Assembly: GCA_964016885.1 (NCBI GenBank)
Contig: OZ024746.1
Coordinates: forward strand, 3,844,001 to 3,908,000
Direction of reading: 5' to 3'
From: Eledone cirrhosa
Taxonomy: Eukaryota
DNA: 64,000 bases
The translations under genes were made by a program, and so were the position numbers. The notes beneath the pieces are model-generated. The model saw only the letters and a list, made by a program, of their open reading frames with translations. It was not told the DNA's origin and did no database searches. Each line of letters opens with the position of its first letter. The first letter of the stretch is position 1. Positions 51,401 to 64,000 of the stretch are shown in pieces.

Positions 51401-54400
51401 AATTGTTAATATATGAGGAGGATAAACATCACTTGTAGTCCATTGTTGACCAGGATAAGGGGTTGATCTTACTGCAGATATTGTAATTCAATAGTTGTAA
51501 GAAACACTTGAGCAGGAAGAAAGTAATACAAGAACATGGTTTTGAGGAAAGATAGAGTGAAATATTTAATAATGAGTTTAGGATTGAGGTGTTAGGAGAA
51601 AAGAAAATTGTGTATTGAGTAGGTTTAGTCGAATGGCTGTGAAGTCATCAAGTCTAAAGGATCATAGATCATTGTAATAACTGTACTGGGGTGCTGAAAA
51701 GTTCCTGGCTTAAGGGTAGAGCTGTTACCTTTATAGGGGAGGTAGGACTGCTCTAATAAGTGTGTCAATGGAATATCTTGAATAAAATCATAACTGATCT
51801 TCCTGTATTTTCTTTTACTCAAAGCCAGGAACTTTTCAGCATCTCCTCATAGAAGTGACCATAGCGTAGAGTTAATCTGTTGTAAAGTTTTAACTGAAAT
51901 CTTGTTAATCAGTTGAACACTTTTTCTTGTGTGTGATTTAGAAGCCTTTCAACATGCCATCCCCATTAATAATAGATTATATGATCACAATGTTGTGTTG
52001 TTGGCATTATGATTCAAATTACATTTGTTCTGGTGTATGTAATTATCTTTGAGAATGAAAGCAATCATTCTTTTGGTGAGTTCTAAATCTCAGCAATCTT
52101 TATTTGAATGTAATCTCAATAATGTTGAAGATATTGTGGCCACATTTTGGTTATTTTTTCAACTAGCTGGCCCCATGCTGTCATAAATGACAGCTAATTG
52201 CAATATTTTATATATAAAAAGGGTACAAAACCAAAGTTTTAGTTTAATAATTCTTTTATTACAAATTTTTTTTCAATGAAAAAATCTATCTGCAACTAAG
52301 ATATCTTAGTTTGCATATGTATACATTTATGTGTGAATATATAAATACGAACACAGAAACACACATACACTCATGCAAATATAAATATATTCACACAAAC
52401 ACATGTATACTAACACAATAACTGTTTCTACTTTTGGCACAAGGCCAACAATTGCCCAGTGCATTACTGGTACTTTATTTTATAGACCCCGTAAGGATGA
52501 AAGGCAAAGTTAACCTCGATGAGATTTGAACTCAGAATGGCAAGGACCATAACTCTATGCGTTAAAGCATGGCGTCTGACCCTCTACCTATACTGCCACT
52601 CCACACAATAATAATAGCCAATGTGTGTAGCTAATTCGTTACATATATGCACACAAGTGTAAACGCACTTTAGAATGCAGGCCGCTGCTTTCTATAGTTT
52701 TATCACCACCCCCTTCCTTCCTCAATCATCTCCCTTTCAGTAAGTGACAAATATATAAATATACACACATTCGCTATTATTATAGTTGATTATCTTCTGG
52801 TTTCTAGAAACTTTCAGTTTATATTGGTAGTATATGGCTGCTGTGAACAACATTGAAATCCCAGCCACATATCATATATGACCTTATCCACTGCTCCCCT
52901 GACCCAGCCACATATCATATATGACTTTATCCACTGCTCCCCTGACCCAGCCACATATCATATATGACCTTATCCACTGCTCCCCTGACCCAGCCACATA
53001 TCATATATGACCTTATCCACTGCTCCCCTGACCCAGCCACATATCATATATGACCTTATCCACTGCTCCCCTGACCCAGCCACATATCATATATGACCTT
53101 ATCCACTGCTCCTCTGACCCAGCCACATATCATATATGACCTTATCCACTGCTCCCCTGACCCAGCCACATATCATATATGACCTTATCCACTGCTCCCC
53201 TGACCCAGCCACATATCATATATGACCTTATCCACTGCTCCTCTGACCCAGCCACATATCATATATGACCTTATCCACTGCTCCCCTGACCCAGCCACAT
53301 ATCATATATGACCTTATCCACTGCTCCCCTGACCCAGCCACATATCATATATGACCTTATCCACTGCTCCTCTGACCCAGCCACATATCATATATGACCT
53401 TATCCACTGCTCCCCTGACCCAGCCACATATCATATATGACCTTATCCACTGCTCCCCTGACCCAGCCACATATCATATATGACCTTATCCACTGCTCCT
53501 CTGACCCAGCCACATATCATATATGACCTTATCCACTGCTCCCCTGACCTAGCCACATATCATATATGACCTTATCCACTGCTCCCCTGACCCAGCCACA
53601 TATCATATATGACCTTATCCACTGCTCCCCTGACCCAGCCACATATCATATATGACCTTATCCACTGCTCCCCTGACCCAGCCACATATCATATATGACC
53701 TTATCCACTGCTCCTCTGACCCAGCCACATATCATATATGACCTTATCCACTGCTCCCCTGACCCAGCCACATATCATATATGACCTTATCCACTGCTCC
53801 CCTGACCCAGCCACATATCATATATGACCTTATCCACTGCTCCCCTGAATTTGTAATGATTGGTTTTTACAAACAATGTGTGTATGTGTCAAAATCTAAC
53901 AAAGGGAACGGTGGTTTAAATCTTAATCTTTTCCCCTGCACTGCGCTGTGCTTGTTATTACATGCTATATTTTCAAATGTACCTAACTATAACTAGCTAC
54001 TGCATAGTAGGCACAACTCTGCTAATGAGTCATGTTTTCAGCAGTAACACTGTCAAATCAACTAGTGTTATAGTTTAGCTCTATAGCAGTTCTGATTAAG
54101 TCATTAAGGCTTTACACCATTTCTTCCTAGCAGTGAGCTACATTATTCAGTGCATCCTCGCTATTTTTTTTACAACAGTGGACAGGTTTAGTAGCTATTT
54201 AGTTCAGTGATAATGCAAAGCATATCGTTTTGTTTGCAGTGATAAATCCTTCCATATAACTTGGAAAAGGGAGAGCCCTATGAAGTTAACACTTGCGACC
54301 CAATAGGCTCATGGTACTGTCTCCCTCCTCCTCCTCTTGTTTTCCTTCACCCATTTATTCGTAAGGGGCTTGCAGGGGCAAAGTCATCACACATTTTCCA

Positions 54401-57400
54401 AAGAGTCCTATCAAAAGCAACCATCTCTAAATGATTCAACTGGATCCTCAAGTGAGACCAACTGAAATTCATCCTCCCCTGGGGCCTTGCCACATTTCCC
54501 ATCTAGTTTATTATTCATCTCTTTGCAGTGTCTGGTACCTTCTACCTTGAAACTAAAGATTTTGAGGAATTAAATAATGAAGGTTTTCATTAATAAGCTG
54601 GCATTTGTAACATTATTTAACCACAATTTCTAAAATATAATTGAAGGTGTTAATATAAGATGAACAGTTCTGTATCATGAATTCAGGGCAGTTTCAGGTA
54701 GTTTTGTTTCAAAAGGGTTAATTAAAAAGACCAGTTTTTAAACATCTTACATTTTCAAAAGGGGATCCAGTCAGATCAGTTGGAGACAGTTACTTCTGAC
54801 AGGATCTGCTGGAAGGAGTTTTGGGGGCCTCCCCCTCCCCAGGAATAAATGGCCGAAGAAGAAAAGAGCATAATGCTATTCCTGCACTGACTAGTTTTAG
54901 AAAACGATCATACAAATTTTGTCCCAAAAGTAAGGGTACTGATTTTCCTATGTACAACATGGTAATGCAGCACCTCATTGATGTATATATGATGTATTAT
55001 GACCTTAGCTGCCTGTACATACTTATTACAACATGATTGAGTCAGTCATGAGATGTTTATAACCTGTTACATTTGTGAATCAAACTCATACCCTGACAAT
55101 TGGAGCCCAGCACCCCGCTAGAAAAATGTTTTTTTCTGTTTTTTTTTGTTTTTAGCCTTTGTATTATGATTAAACACTATATTCTGATTTTAGCATGTGA
55201 TTAACTTGTCTTCGTCTTCTACATATTGTCAGGTCTACAAAGTTCGGAGCAAAGCAGATGGTCAGTTCTATGCTGTTAAGAAGTCTAGAGAAACGTTTCG
55301 TGGTGAATCAGATCGGTAATTGACTCATTTACTCTCCAAACTACCCCCCTCCCCCTCCAATTGTACAGTAACATTAATCAGTAATTTAACTTCCTCCCGA
55401 TCTGGAAGCTTCCTGAAAATGCTATGGTTACTTATACAATCACACACATCATCATCTTCATCATCGTTTAACGTCTATCTTCCACGCTAGCATGGGTTAG
55501 ACGGGAATTGTCCCACTTAAGGCAAGATTGGTTGGGTGACCGTGTCTCAATCATATAGGACTACCTGGCAGGTTTTCTATGGTTGGATGTCCTTCCTAAC
55601 ACCAACCACATTTACAGTGTGGACTGGGAACTTTTTACCATGTACCTACACGACCACATTACAGTGTGGGCTGTGTTTTTTTGTTGTGACACCTACACGA
55701 CCTCATTAGATTGGACTGGATGTTGTGGTACCAACATAACTTTATAGAGAAAGGGTGGTGTTAGTGGGAGGATGTAGTAGTGGGTTGGGGTGCATATTTG
55801 GTTAAGAGGTGCCTACTGACTGTAGGTTTCGCTTTGTACATAGGCAAGGCAGGTCTTCTGTATTACTGCATGGTGCCAAAGATCTCGGTCCAGTGACATT
55901 GTGTAAGGTTGCAAGAATGAGATAAATGACATACTGTATATTGTTGAGGTAATAAATTTCATAGTTGAACTGTTGTTTCTGTTAACTTTTATGATGTAGT
56001 CTTTGGACCAACTGTCATTCAATCAGACAATGCAAGCATACTTTTGTATTTTCACTCATAATTACAATGCAGGCGGAATGTTAGGATTTGTATGGGTAAC
56101 TACTATTGTCAGTTGTCCAAAACTTAAATTATACATCAGTAATATCTCGGGCTTGCTTTGTAAATATTTTGTAGTTTATCAAGAACATCAGTTACTTTTA
56201 ACATACTGTTAACTAAGTTTAACTTAATATTTATTAAGATATTAAGTTAATCTAAAACCAACAATACAAGTTCCATTATAATACAGTATATAGGGCGGTG
56301 GATTGGCAGTATCGGTAGAGGGTCGGATGCCATGCTTTGACACATAGTTACGGCCCTTGCCATTCTGAGTTCAAATCCCGCCGAGGTTAACATTGCCTTT
56401 CATCTTTACGGGGTCGATAAAATAAAGTACCAGTAATACACTGGGTAATTGCTGGCCTTGTGCCTAAAGTAGAAACAATTATAATACAGCATATTGAAAT
56501 TTCCTTGTATTTTTCTTTTCAGAAAAAGAAAACTTGAAGAGGTGGCCAAACATGAGAAGCTGCGCCACCATCCAAACTGTGTGAAGTTCTGTCAAGCTTG
56601 GGAAGAAATGGGCAGACTATATATGCAGATTGAATTGTGCAAAACAAGGTAATTATGTCTCATGGGATTTCTCATGGTGTTCTCATACAATACACAGATA
56701 TTTAATAAGTGTTGTAAAGCCAGTAGTAAGCCAGTTGTGGATATAGTTATAACTGTTTAGGAAGGTCATTTAGCATTTAAGATGTTTGTGTCTGTGTATA
56801 TATATAATCATCATCATCATCGTTTAACATACATCTTCCATGCTAGCATGGGTTAGACGGTTTTATTCCATTTGATGTGGGATTGGTCGGGAGACCATGT
56901 CTCACTCGCACGGAAGCGTCTCTGGCAGGTTTTTTTTTACAGCTGGATGCCCTTCCTCACACCAACCACATTTACAGTGTGGATTGGGAGCCTTTTCACC
57001 GTGTCTCCTACACTGCCACCTTACTAACAAACACACTTTAAACTTCCTATCTCATATATCACATACTAATATTTTTAAAAACAACTTAAAGGCCCACCTA
57101 GATTTAACCATCATCCACCATGAAGTGATTCATCATCGTTTAATGTCCATTTTTCCATTCTTGCATTGGTTAAACAAGTTGTCCACATTATAATACAAGC
57201 CTGGCCGGATGGCCGCGCCATACCTTGCTCAAATAAAACTGTATTTTGACTGGGATTTTTACAGCTGGGTGCTCTTCCTAACACCAAGCACGTTTACAGT
57301 GTGGAACTGGGTGGCACCATATGAAGAGGGTCTGGCCAGTTGGCTGCACCGTACCTTGTTCATAGCAGAACTGTGTTTTGGGAGCTGGGCAGTCCCATTA

Positions 57401-57803
57401 TGACAGACGTCTGGCCAGTTGGCCACACCATTCATTGTTCATAGTGGAACCATATTTTGGCTGGCTTTTTACAGTTGCTGGATGCCCTTCTTAACACCAA
57501 CCAAGTTTATAGTGTCCTTATAAAATATGTACATGAAGTAAAGGCTAAGTTGACCTCAGCACTAAGTGTGGCAATACATCTTATATGATACTCAATATCA
57601 ATAATATTGGGAACTTAGGCTTCAAGAAATCATTACTAAAAACAATATTGGAATTTAGACAAGTAACTATAAAAAATAATTTTTTCTTTATAGTTTGTAT
57701 GACTTTGCTGAGGAAAATCACAATATTCCTGAAACATTGATATGGAAATTCCTTGTAGATTTATTAATGGTAAGTAACTGATTGACCTTTTCTTGTGTGT
57801 GTA

Positions 57804-57834
<31 letters not shown>

Positions 57835-58601
57835 CATCATCATCATTTTATGTCCGCTTTTCCCTGTTTGCAAGGGTGGGACGTGAACTGATTCTGGCTT
57901 GATTTCTACAGCTGGATGCCCTTCCTAACACCAACCTCATTTACAGTGAGTGCTGGATACTTTTTTGCTGTGGCACCTCCACGACCACTTTGCAGTGGAA
58001 TGTTATGGACCCCAGTCCCTATCATCTCATTTCTACAGCTGAGTAAACTGGAGCAATGTGAAATAAAGTGTCTTGCTCAAGGAAACAACACATCACCTGG
58101 TCTGAGAATTGAACTCACAACCTTTCGATTGCAAGGCCAATGCTCTAACCACTAAGCCATGTGCCTCTACACTCACATGCACCTATATATATACACACAC
58201 ACACATATACTATATATAAAATACATGGCAAACTGGCGAATACCTTCCTAGGTACTCAGTTTCCCGAAGTAAATTGATTTCGCTTTGTTCCTCAGTCATA
58301 TTCAGAAAGTCACCACCGGTGATGGTTCAGTAAAATCCCCTCTGAAAAAACATCCCTTAGGATACATGTGCATATGTCTTTTTAATCAGTGCAGGTGAAG
58401 CAAAATATTCTGATAATCTTTTTAATCTGGAATGTTTCGTTATCCAGTCTCTCAAAGAGTTATGATGGTTGTCTGCCAGTTTGTCATATTTTTATACAAT
58501 ATATATTCACCACTATGACATATTTACCTCTATTACACATTGACGGTTCTTTCTTTAGTGATTACAACCACACATTCAGGTATATAAACACACACACATA
58601 C

Positions 58602-58646
<45 letters not shown>

Positions 58647-61600
58647 AAAGACACACATTTTGATTTTGACATGTTCACTCTCCATTTTCAAATTTCCACT
58701 TGTCATCAACCTATGGCCTTTTCTGTTTATTTAGGCTTTGAAGCACCTTCATGTCCATAACTTGGTTCACATGGATATAAAATCAGAGAATATTTTCCTA
58801 TCATTTGATGATATCTGTAAACTTGGTGATTTTGGCCTTGTTCTTGATGTCAGTAAGGTAGGTTCTCTCTCTTTACTAACAATTTCTATTGTCTCCCTTT
58901 AGAGGTATATTAAAGTTTACTCTCAGGTCTCAAGGGGAGTGGGGGGATTTTTCTAGGTTGTCTCCATTGATCTTTGTAAAAACCAGAATTAGTCGTTTAG
59001 TTTACATATTGAGACCCCCAACCCATCCTATTTATTTTATAATGTATGGGATTTCTAGTAATGTACTTTTTTGTCATGCTTAATGTTTTTTAATGTCTAA
59101 GGAAAATTGTTGCATGAATGCTACAACTTCAAATAGAATTTCACCGTAGATAAAATAGCAAAATTTAATAAGGGTGTGGTGGGTGGAACAAGAGCAGGCG
59201 GAGAAGAATGATTGTTCAAGACCCAAGAGTACTTGAGCATGTCCTCGAGCATCACTAAAATAAACGCACTTCAACTGAGAGTAGGTGTTAAGTAGCATCA
59301 GAAGATGAAGCCCCTTAAGACAGCTACAATAGTAATGATTCCATGTATTGTATTTGAACAGGGTTATGACATAACTGATGCTCAAGAAGGTGACCCTCAA
59401 TACTTAGCACCTGAGTTACTTGAAGGAAAGTTTGGTAAGCCTGCAGATATATTTAGGTAAAATATTTTCTTATTTCTGTTTTTCTTTGGCTTTAATTCTA
59501 GTAATATTATGCTGTAGAATCAGCTCCACTATCTTAAAAGACTTGAATTTCTATGATTATACAGATGACTTTGTATCTGGCGAAAGACATTATGTGGTTG
59601 TTATGAAAAAGGGTTTTATGTGACGGAAAACAGACTTGTAATATTGTAAAATAAAATGTAATTATCTTTTTTTGTATGACAACAGAAGTGGTCCTGCGAT
59701 ATAGTTCATTCTTTGGAGTGAAAAAAGAATGGATTAAAAGTATTACATTGTCAGTACCTTAGGAATGAAACCCACTTGCTGTCTGTTCCTCCATGTTGGC
59801 ATGGATTAAAAAACCTAAATTCAACATTGCTGGTTAAAGAATAATCATTAATTTTACAATGGATGCTGCATTTTAGAGCTGTGAGTCACTCCAACGGTGG
59901 TTATGTGGTTGCTTGACTTGCCAGAAAAAACAGTCAAATATCTTCTATATTCTCTGCTCAGAAAGGAATGGCTGTATTAGTTACATTGACAATGATAAAC
60001 TAGTCATGTCTTGAATGACCTTAATCATAGGGTTAATCTGTGTAAAACAACTTAGTTTGGTGTAAAAACTTTATAATTATTAACTATTTGTTATTTACAT
60101 CTCAATTTCTAACTATTTCTTTATGAATGACATTAATACTTAACAGAATGGCATGATCATCACAACTTCCCATTTCCTTTTCCCTGAAATATTGACCCTT
60201 GTTTCTAGTTATAAAAGTTAGCAACAACGAATGTAAACTAATAATCCTGATAAAGTGAACTCCACATAATGGGTCAAATCCACCATTGAAACTATTTCTT
60301 TATATTGCTAAGGATTACTTGATGGAGATTTGACTGTTATTTTTAGCATGTTGGGTGACTATAAAGGCTCCTTCATAATGCTTATATAGATATTTTATAG
60401 TGTTAAATTACTGTTGAAACATTGTTAGGTGTTACTAAAATACCAGTAATATACTGAGGACTGATTAAAATCAACTATAACCAGTCCCTTCCAACAACAA
60501 CCAAAAATTGGCTTAGTGTCTTAGAAAAAAAAAAAATTATGTTATTTTTCAACTGACCTCAGATATTTTTATTTTTTAAAGTCTTGGTATGACCATTCTG
60601 GAACTGTCTAGTGACCTAGATTTACCTAGAGGTGGTGAAGGCTGGCATATGCTGAGACAAGGTCAAATTCCTGAAGAATTCCTTCAAGGTAAGTAGCATG
60701 AATAAGCTGACAAAATATAGTCTTTCATTAATTTACAGTATTAAGCTCAAATTTCCCCACAGATATGGAGGAAATTTAAGATATCCTACATTCAGCAGAT
60801 ATGGTGCCTGAGCATTTCTTAGAAGATTTGAATTACTCTATTAAAATTAAAAACCTGTTTTTCTTATTAAAACATTTAAAACAGTTTTATATTGCTTTGT
60901 TGTCATTCCATTTACCCTCTAGGTCGGTCATTTGATCTGAAGTATGTGATTCGACAGATGTTAGATCCTGATCCCAACAGTCGACCAATAGTTGAACAAC
61001 TTCTGGCTTTCCCCTGTGTCAGAAAAGTATGTATTGCAATATCTTTTGATTTTTATATGTCAATACAGGTTTAATGTTTGTGAGGAAGAGATATTGCATC
61101 AAGTGGGGATGGTTGAGTTAGAAAGAGGATTGACGAGAAAAGAAGGTGATACAGAGAATGGCAGGGAGTGAGGTGTATGGTAGCAGAAGAGGCTGCTCAT
61201 CAGGGTTACAAGGCAACCAAGAGGGTTGCAAAGAAAGGAGTGAAAAGGGCACAAGTGTATATTATAATAATATAATAATAATGAAATTATTGTGTACAGT
61301 GCTCAGGTGCACTACAACTCATCAAAGGTGCATGTATAGTACGTAGAATAATGTAAAAATGTCAGGAAAATAAACAGTGTATGGAGGGAGGACATCAGGT
61401 GTAGTGTTGGCGAGGCACATGATCTAGTGGTAAGGGTGTTGGACTTACAATCATAATGTTGTGGGTTCAATTACTGGCTGTGTTGTGGTCTTGAGCAAAA
61501 CACTTCATTTCACATTGCTTCAGTATACTCAGCTGAAAATGAGTACCTGCAATAGCTGGGGGTTTAACCCTGCGATGGACTGGTGACCTGAGCAACAGTG

Positions 61601-61950
61601 TATACATTCTAACAAAGAATGTATACAAATATTGCTTGCACCATTAATATCAAAGTTTACATTTAGTCAAATATATAAGCCTTTTCTTATAAAGAGTAGT
61701 TTCTTAACAGAAACATGGTCTCAAATTTATAGGGATGGTGGGTAAAATGAGATTATTTGGTGTTCATGCATTTCTCATGGGCATTTCAATGTGTATATAT
61801 AAAATTATTGCAACCTTGAATAGAAACCTGATTATGGACAGAAATTAGCAGGAACTTACTTCAATTTTAAAGTGTTCAACACTGAACTGTATATATTGTT
61901 ATTTTCAGGTTTACAAGAAAAGGATCAGGGAATATATGATGAGTAATCTT
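44317..61950 (+). CDS. PKMYT1: Myt1 membrane-associated Cdk1-inhibitory kinase (Wee1 family); span of 11 coding exons, C-terminal exons not identified
   Basis: GT-AG exons with consistent phases join into one frame: [13 protein letters not shown]...[24 protein letters not shown]...HEKL.HHPNCV...AWEE...[10 protein letters not shown]...KLGDFGL...[10 protein letters not shown]...[11 protein letters not shown]...[15 protein letters not shown]...[10 protein letters not shown]. These are typical Myt1 motifs. Confidence 0.93.
45208..45397. mobile_element. Fold-back HHR-core element in PKMYT1 intron 1
   Basis: Palindrome centred at 45264, inside CTGATGA tttctaaagaat GAAAC; tail shared with 5345-5400; (TA)n flanks. 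Confidence 0.7.
48265..48487. mobile_element. piggyBac-like MITE (TTAA-CCCTTT...AAAGGG-TTAA); copies at 51139-51378, 40066-40294, 40291-40513, ~46150-46475 and ~54545-54722
   Basis: TTAA target duplication, CCC/GGG termini and a conserved ~220-bp AT-rich body. Confidence 0.75.
49181..49310 (+). CDS. PKMYT1: PKMYT1 exon 2 ([25 protein letters not shown]...VSFRKTKN)
   Basis: ttacag acceptor and gtatcc donor; 130 nt, ends in phase 1, matching exon 3. Confidence 0.85.
49549..50163. repeat. 44-bp minisatellite, 14 copies, in PKMYT1 intron 2
   Basis: Unit cataaatgaccacgtgtgttgagacccttggctggagagaacct. Confidence 0.95.
50300..50955. repeat. 31-32-bp minisatellite, ~19 copies, in PKMYT1 intron 2
   Basis: Unit agttattgttggtaaaagggggcagctattat. 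Confidence 0.92.
51010..51116 (+). CDS. PKMYT1: PKMYT1 exon 3 (NPNYDE...[19 protein letters not shown])
   Basis: ccttag acceptor and gtcagt donor; encodes the Gly-rich loop. Confidence 0.9.
51139..51378. mobile_element. piggyBac-like MITE copy
   Basis: ttaaccctttagttacc...aaagagttaa; body homologous to 48265-48487. Confidence 0.75.
52162..52790 (+). mobile_element. Possible Helentron-associated non-autonomous element with a nested SINE; similar 3' end at 7930-8052
   Basis: Starts ACTAG with a subterminal hairpin (gctgtcat-aa-atgacagc) and ends acacacattcgctattattatagttgat. Confidence 0.35.
52860..53848. repeat. 43-bp minisatellite, 23 copies, in PKMYT1 intron 3
   Basis: Unit cccagccacatatcatatatgaccttatccactgctcccctga. 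Confidence 0.95.
55233..55315 (+). CDS. PKMYT1: PKMYT1 exon 4 ([28 protein letters not shown])
   Basis: tgtcag acceptor and gtaatt donor; contains the catalytic Lys (YAVK). Confidence 0.92.
55448..55700 (-). mobile_element. Retroelement 3'-tail fragments ending in (GAT)n, RTE-like; also at 56808-57010, 57833-57970, 63665-63720 and 39805-39860 (+)
   Basis: Recurrent catcatcatcgtttaacgtc..tcttcca.gctagcatgggtt motif. Confidence 0.55.
56293..56480 (+). mobile_element. Meta-like-domain SINE copy in PKMYT1 intron 4
   Basis: Reverse-complement match to 36729-36907. Confidence 0.8.
56523..56648 (+). CDS. PKMYT1: PKMYT1 exon 5 ([41 protein letters not shown])
   Basis: tttcag acceptor and gtaatt donor; alphaC Glu and hinge. 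Confidence 0.92.
57694..57769 (+). CDS. PKMYT1: PKMYT1 exon 6 ([25 protein letters not shown])
   Basis: ttatag acceptor and gtaagt donor; phases fit both neighbours. Confidence 0.9.
58007..58167 (-). mobile_element. tRNA-derived SINE, same family as 1228-1383
   Basis: Near-identical to 1228-1383. Confidence 0.8.
58735..58857 (+). CDS. PKMYT1: PKMYT1 exon 7 (ALKHLH...[10 protein letters not shown]...[13 protein letters not shown])
   Basis: atttag acceptor and gtaggt donor; catalytic loop and DFG. Confidence 0.93.
59362..59456 (+). CDS. PKMYT1: PKMYT1 exon 8 ([31 protein letters not shown])
   Basis: gaacag acceptor and gtaaaa donor; Wee1-family EGD..Y.APE motif. Confidence 0.93.
60582..60688 (+). 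CDS. PKMYT1: PKMYT1 exon 9 ([35 protein letters not shown])
   Basis: ttaaag acceptor and gtaagt donor. Confidence 0.92.
60923..61026 (+). CDS. PKMYT1: PKMYT1 exon 10 ([34 protein letters not shown])
   Basis: ctctag acceptor and gtatgt donor; kinase subdomain XI. Confidence 0.92.
61909..61950 (+). CDS. PKMYT1: PKMYT1 probable exon 11 ([14 protein letters not shown])
   Basis: tttcag acceptor and gtaagt donor; 42 nt, phase 0, open frame directly after the kinase domain. Confidence 0.7.
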
Positions 61951-63220
61951 GTAAGTATTTCATGTCTTTATATATTGCTTTAGGACCTATGACATAAATT
62001 CATTTCTTTTTTGTCTTTTATAGACTATAGTCTCTTGGATTTTGAAGTGTTGTTTAGCCCTAGGTCAGCTTTGTTTGAGCTGATGTATGACCAAAAGCTT
62101 TCCAGCAATGATCATCTTATCATTTTCATAGGCACAATGCATCCAGATCTAAATTATACAGTCTCGTGTATTGGTTCATATGTATAAGTGTATTGAGTCC
62201 ATTTTATTGTGATACCAGCACTAACATTTTACAGAGTGTACCAGGTGCATTTTATCATTGCAACAGGACTAGAGAGGTTATTGTGTACTTTACAAGATGA
62301 AAAGTAGGTTATTGTGTACTTTACAAGATGAAAAGTCCTCTCTATATTATCTCTGTTTGCCAATCATTTTATAGAGTGCACTGGGTGCCTTTCATTGTGG
62401 CACCAACACTAGAGATGTCAAGTCCTCAACAGCATCAAATAGTCATCACTACCCGTTGGTCCTGACAACCTCTCTAGTGTTAGAAACAATTATTTCTTTA
62501 AAGATATGGTCATAAAAGGGTTAAACTACTGATTAGTTGATTACCTTTTGTTACAATTGTTGTAATATAACATTTCATAAATGTATTCTATTTCACTTTC
62601 TATTTACTGTTGATACCATCTTGTGAATTACTTTAATAAGATCATTATTGGTGTTTAGTTTGTACCTGTTAATTATGATTGAGTAGATTCTTTTTATCTA
62701 GATGGCCACATGGTCACTGAAATGTAGAAAATGTTGGTTTTTTTTCCTCTTAAAATGCTTGAAGTTTGTGAACACTGAGTATCTGTTAGTTTGGATTTAT
62801 GTGTGATAACGTGTAATGGCCAGAGTAGAGGGTGTATCTTGTCAGAAATATAACAATTTCTCACCACTGTAGTTGTCAGTTTATTGTTGGTATGAGGTTG
62901 AGGGGTCAGGAAGTTAATGAAAGTTCTATGACACAAATTGGAATGGATCTACATCATGGACTAAAGTTTTATGTCATAGAAATTCTTTTCCTTTGAATCC
63001 TGGTTATAAGATTCCGATTATTAATTCCCTACAGTTGTACAACCGAAGGTGTACAGACACACTGCCTGTACACCTTGGGTAGAATAATACCACAAGATAC
63101 TTCCCTCTTATGCCTCATTATTGGGGATTTACTATTGATGTGTCATTTGTCAATATAAATATAGGAAGAGCATCCAGCTGTGAAAAAAACTACCAAATAA
63201 AGGGCTCGGGGGAGACACTT

Positions 63221-63367
63221 GTGAGATACAGGCCCCAGACCATCTGAGGGGTCAGTAGAGTGCAGGAACATGTTAGTGAGATACTGGGCTCTGGACCATC
63301 TGAGGGGTCAGTAGGATGCAGGAACATGTTAGTGAGATACTGGTCTCTGGACCATCTGAGGAGTCAG
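63221..63367. repeat. ~56-bp tandem repeat, ~2.6 copies
   Basis: gtgagatac...gaccatctgaggggtcagtag...gcaggaacatgtta is repeated. Confidence 0.8.
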
Positions 63368-64000
63368 CAGTTTCGTTCGAGTGCTGACTTGGTCTGTGAT
63401 GACCCATCCAACTCTGATGTTAAACGATGATGACAATAGGCTTCTGTATAATTTCTCTTTGCCAAGTTTTCCTCCCAAAATATTGATCAAGCTGAGGCTA
63501 TGTTAGATGCCTTTTCAAGATGCTGTACAGTGATATTGAATCCCCACCCATGTTGCAAAGTGAACTGTTTGATATAACCAAGCCTGCAATCAATGTTGCC
63601 TATGAAATCTATTTAGTTAGCTTAAGGTTGGAAAGATACCAAATGTAGGTATAATGGTGATAGCCATCATTATCATCATTTTTATGTCTGCCTTTCCTGC
63701 ATGGGTTGAACAAATCTCTATATGGCTCAACTTTCCTAGATCAGATCTCACCGCCTCTACCAAGGTTTTTCTCGGATTTTCTCCTGTAGTCACCATTGAC
63801 GCTCAGTTCTTAGAACTTCTTCACCCAACAATCATCATCCACACACATTGTGTATCCATACCAGCGCAATCTTGCTCACTGCATCTCATTCCTCTTGTGC
63901 TGTTTTTTGCTTCAGCTTATCTGCTTTGTCGTTCATGCACACTAACATTACACATTCTGTTATACAAAACTTGTTTTTAAATGATTATAGTCAATTTAAC

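Noticed and set aside
62702-62806. Candidate PKMYT1 membrane-anchor exon (tctag|MATWSLKCRKCWFFFLLKCLKF...WIYV*)
   Set aside because: It is hydrophobic and follows an acceptor-like site, but ends in a stop with no clear donor and no recognisable Myt1 C-terminal sequence. It cannot be supported without transcripts.

Overview
This is AT-rich, microsatellite-dense animal genomic DNA; the SINE and repeat landscape suggests an octopod cephalopod (inference). It holds two host genes head-to-head: an intronless OGFOD2 (- strand, 41702-42733) and a multi-exon Myt1 kinase, PKMYT1 (+ strand, from 44317; 11 coding exons traced, 3' end not found). The left ~40 kb has no recognisable host gene and is dominated by Penelope-like-element (PLE) sequence. 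It contains a 5'-truncated but still open RT + GIY-YIG element of Naiad type (19419-24998) and many small fold-back elements carrying minimal type I hammerhead ribozyme (HHR) motifs from roughly nine sequence families, nearly all beside (TA)n. The most striking structure is a 4.2-kb palindromic array of ~13.6 near-identical, highly self-complementary 310-nt units, each carrying one HHR (28197-32428). It looks like the genomic footprint of a viroid-like circular RNA (non-LTR retrozyme) copied by rolling-circle reverse transcription. Also present are a 5.3-kb 25/28-bp satellite that may derive from a SINE, intronic minisatellites, tRNA-derived SINEs, piggyBac-like MITEs and LINE fragments. All RNA structures were read by eye; nothing was folded or searched computationally.
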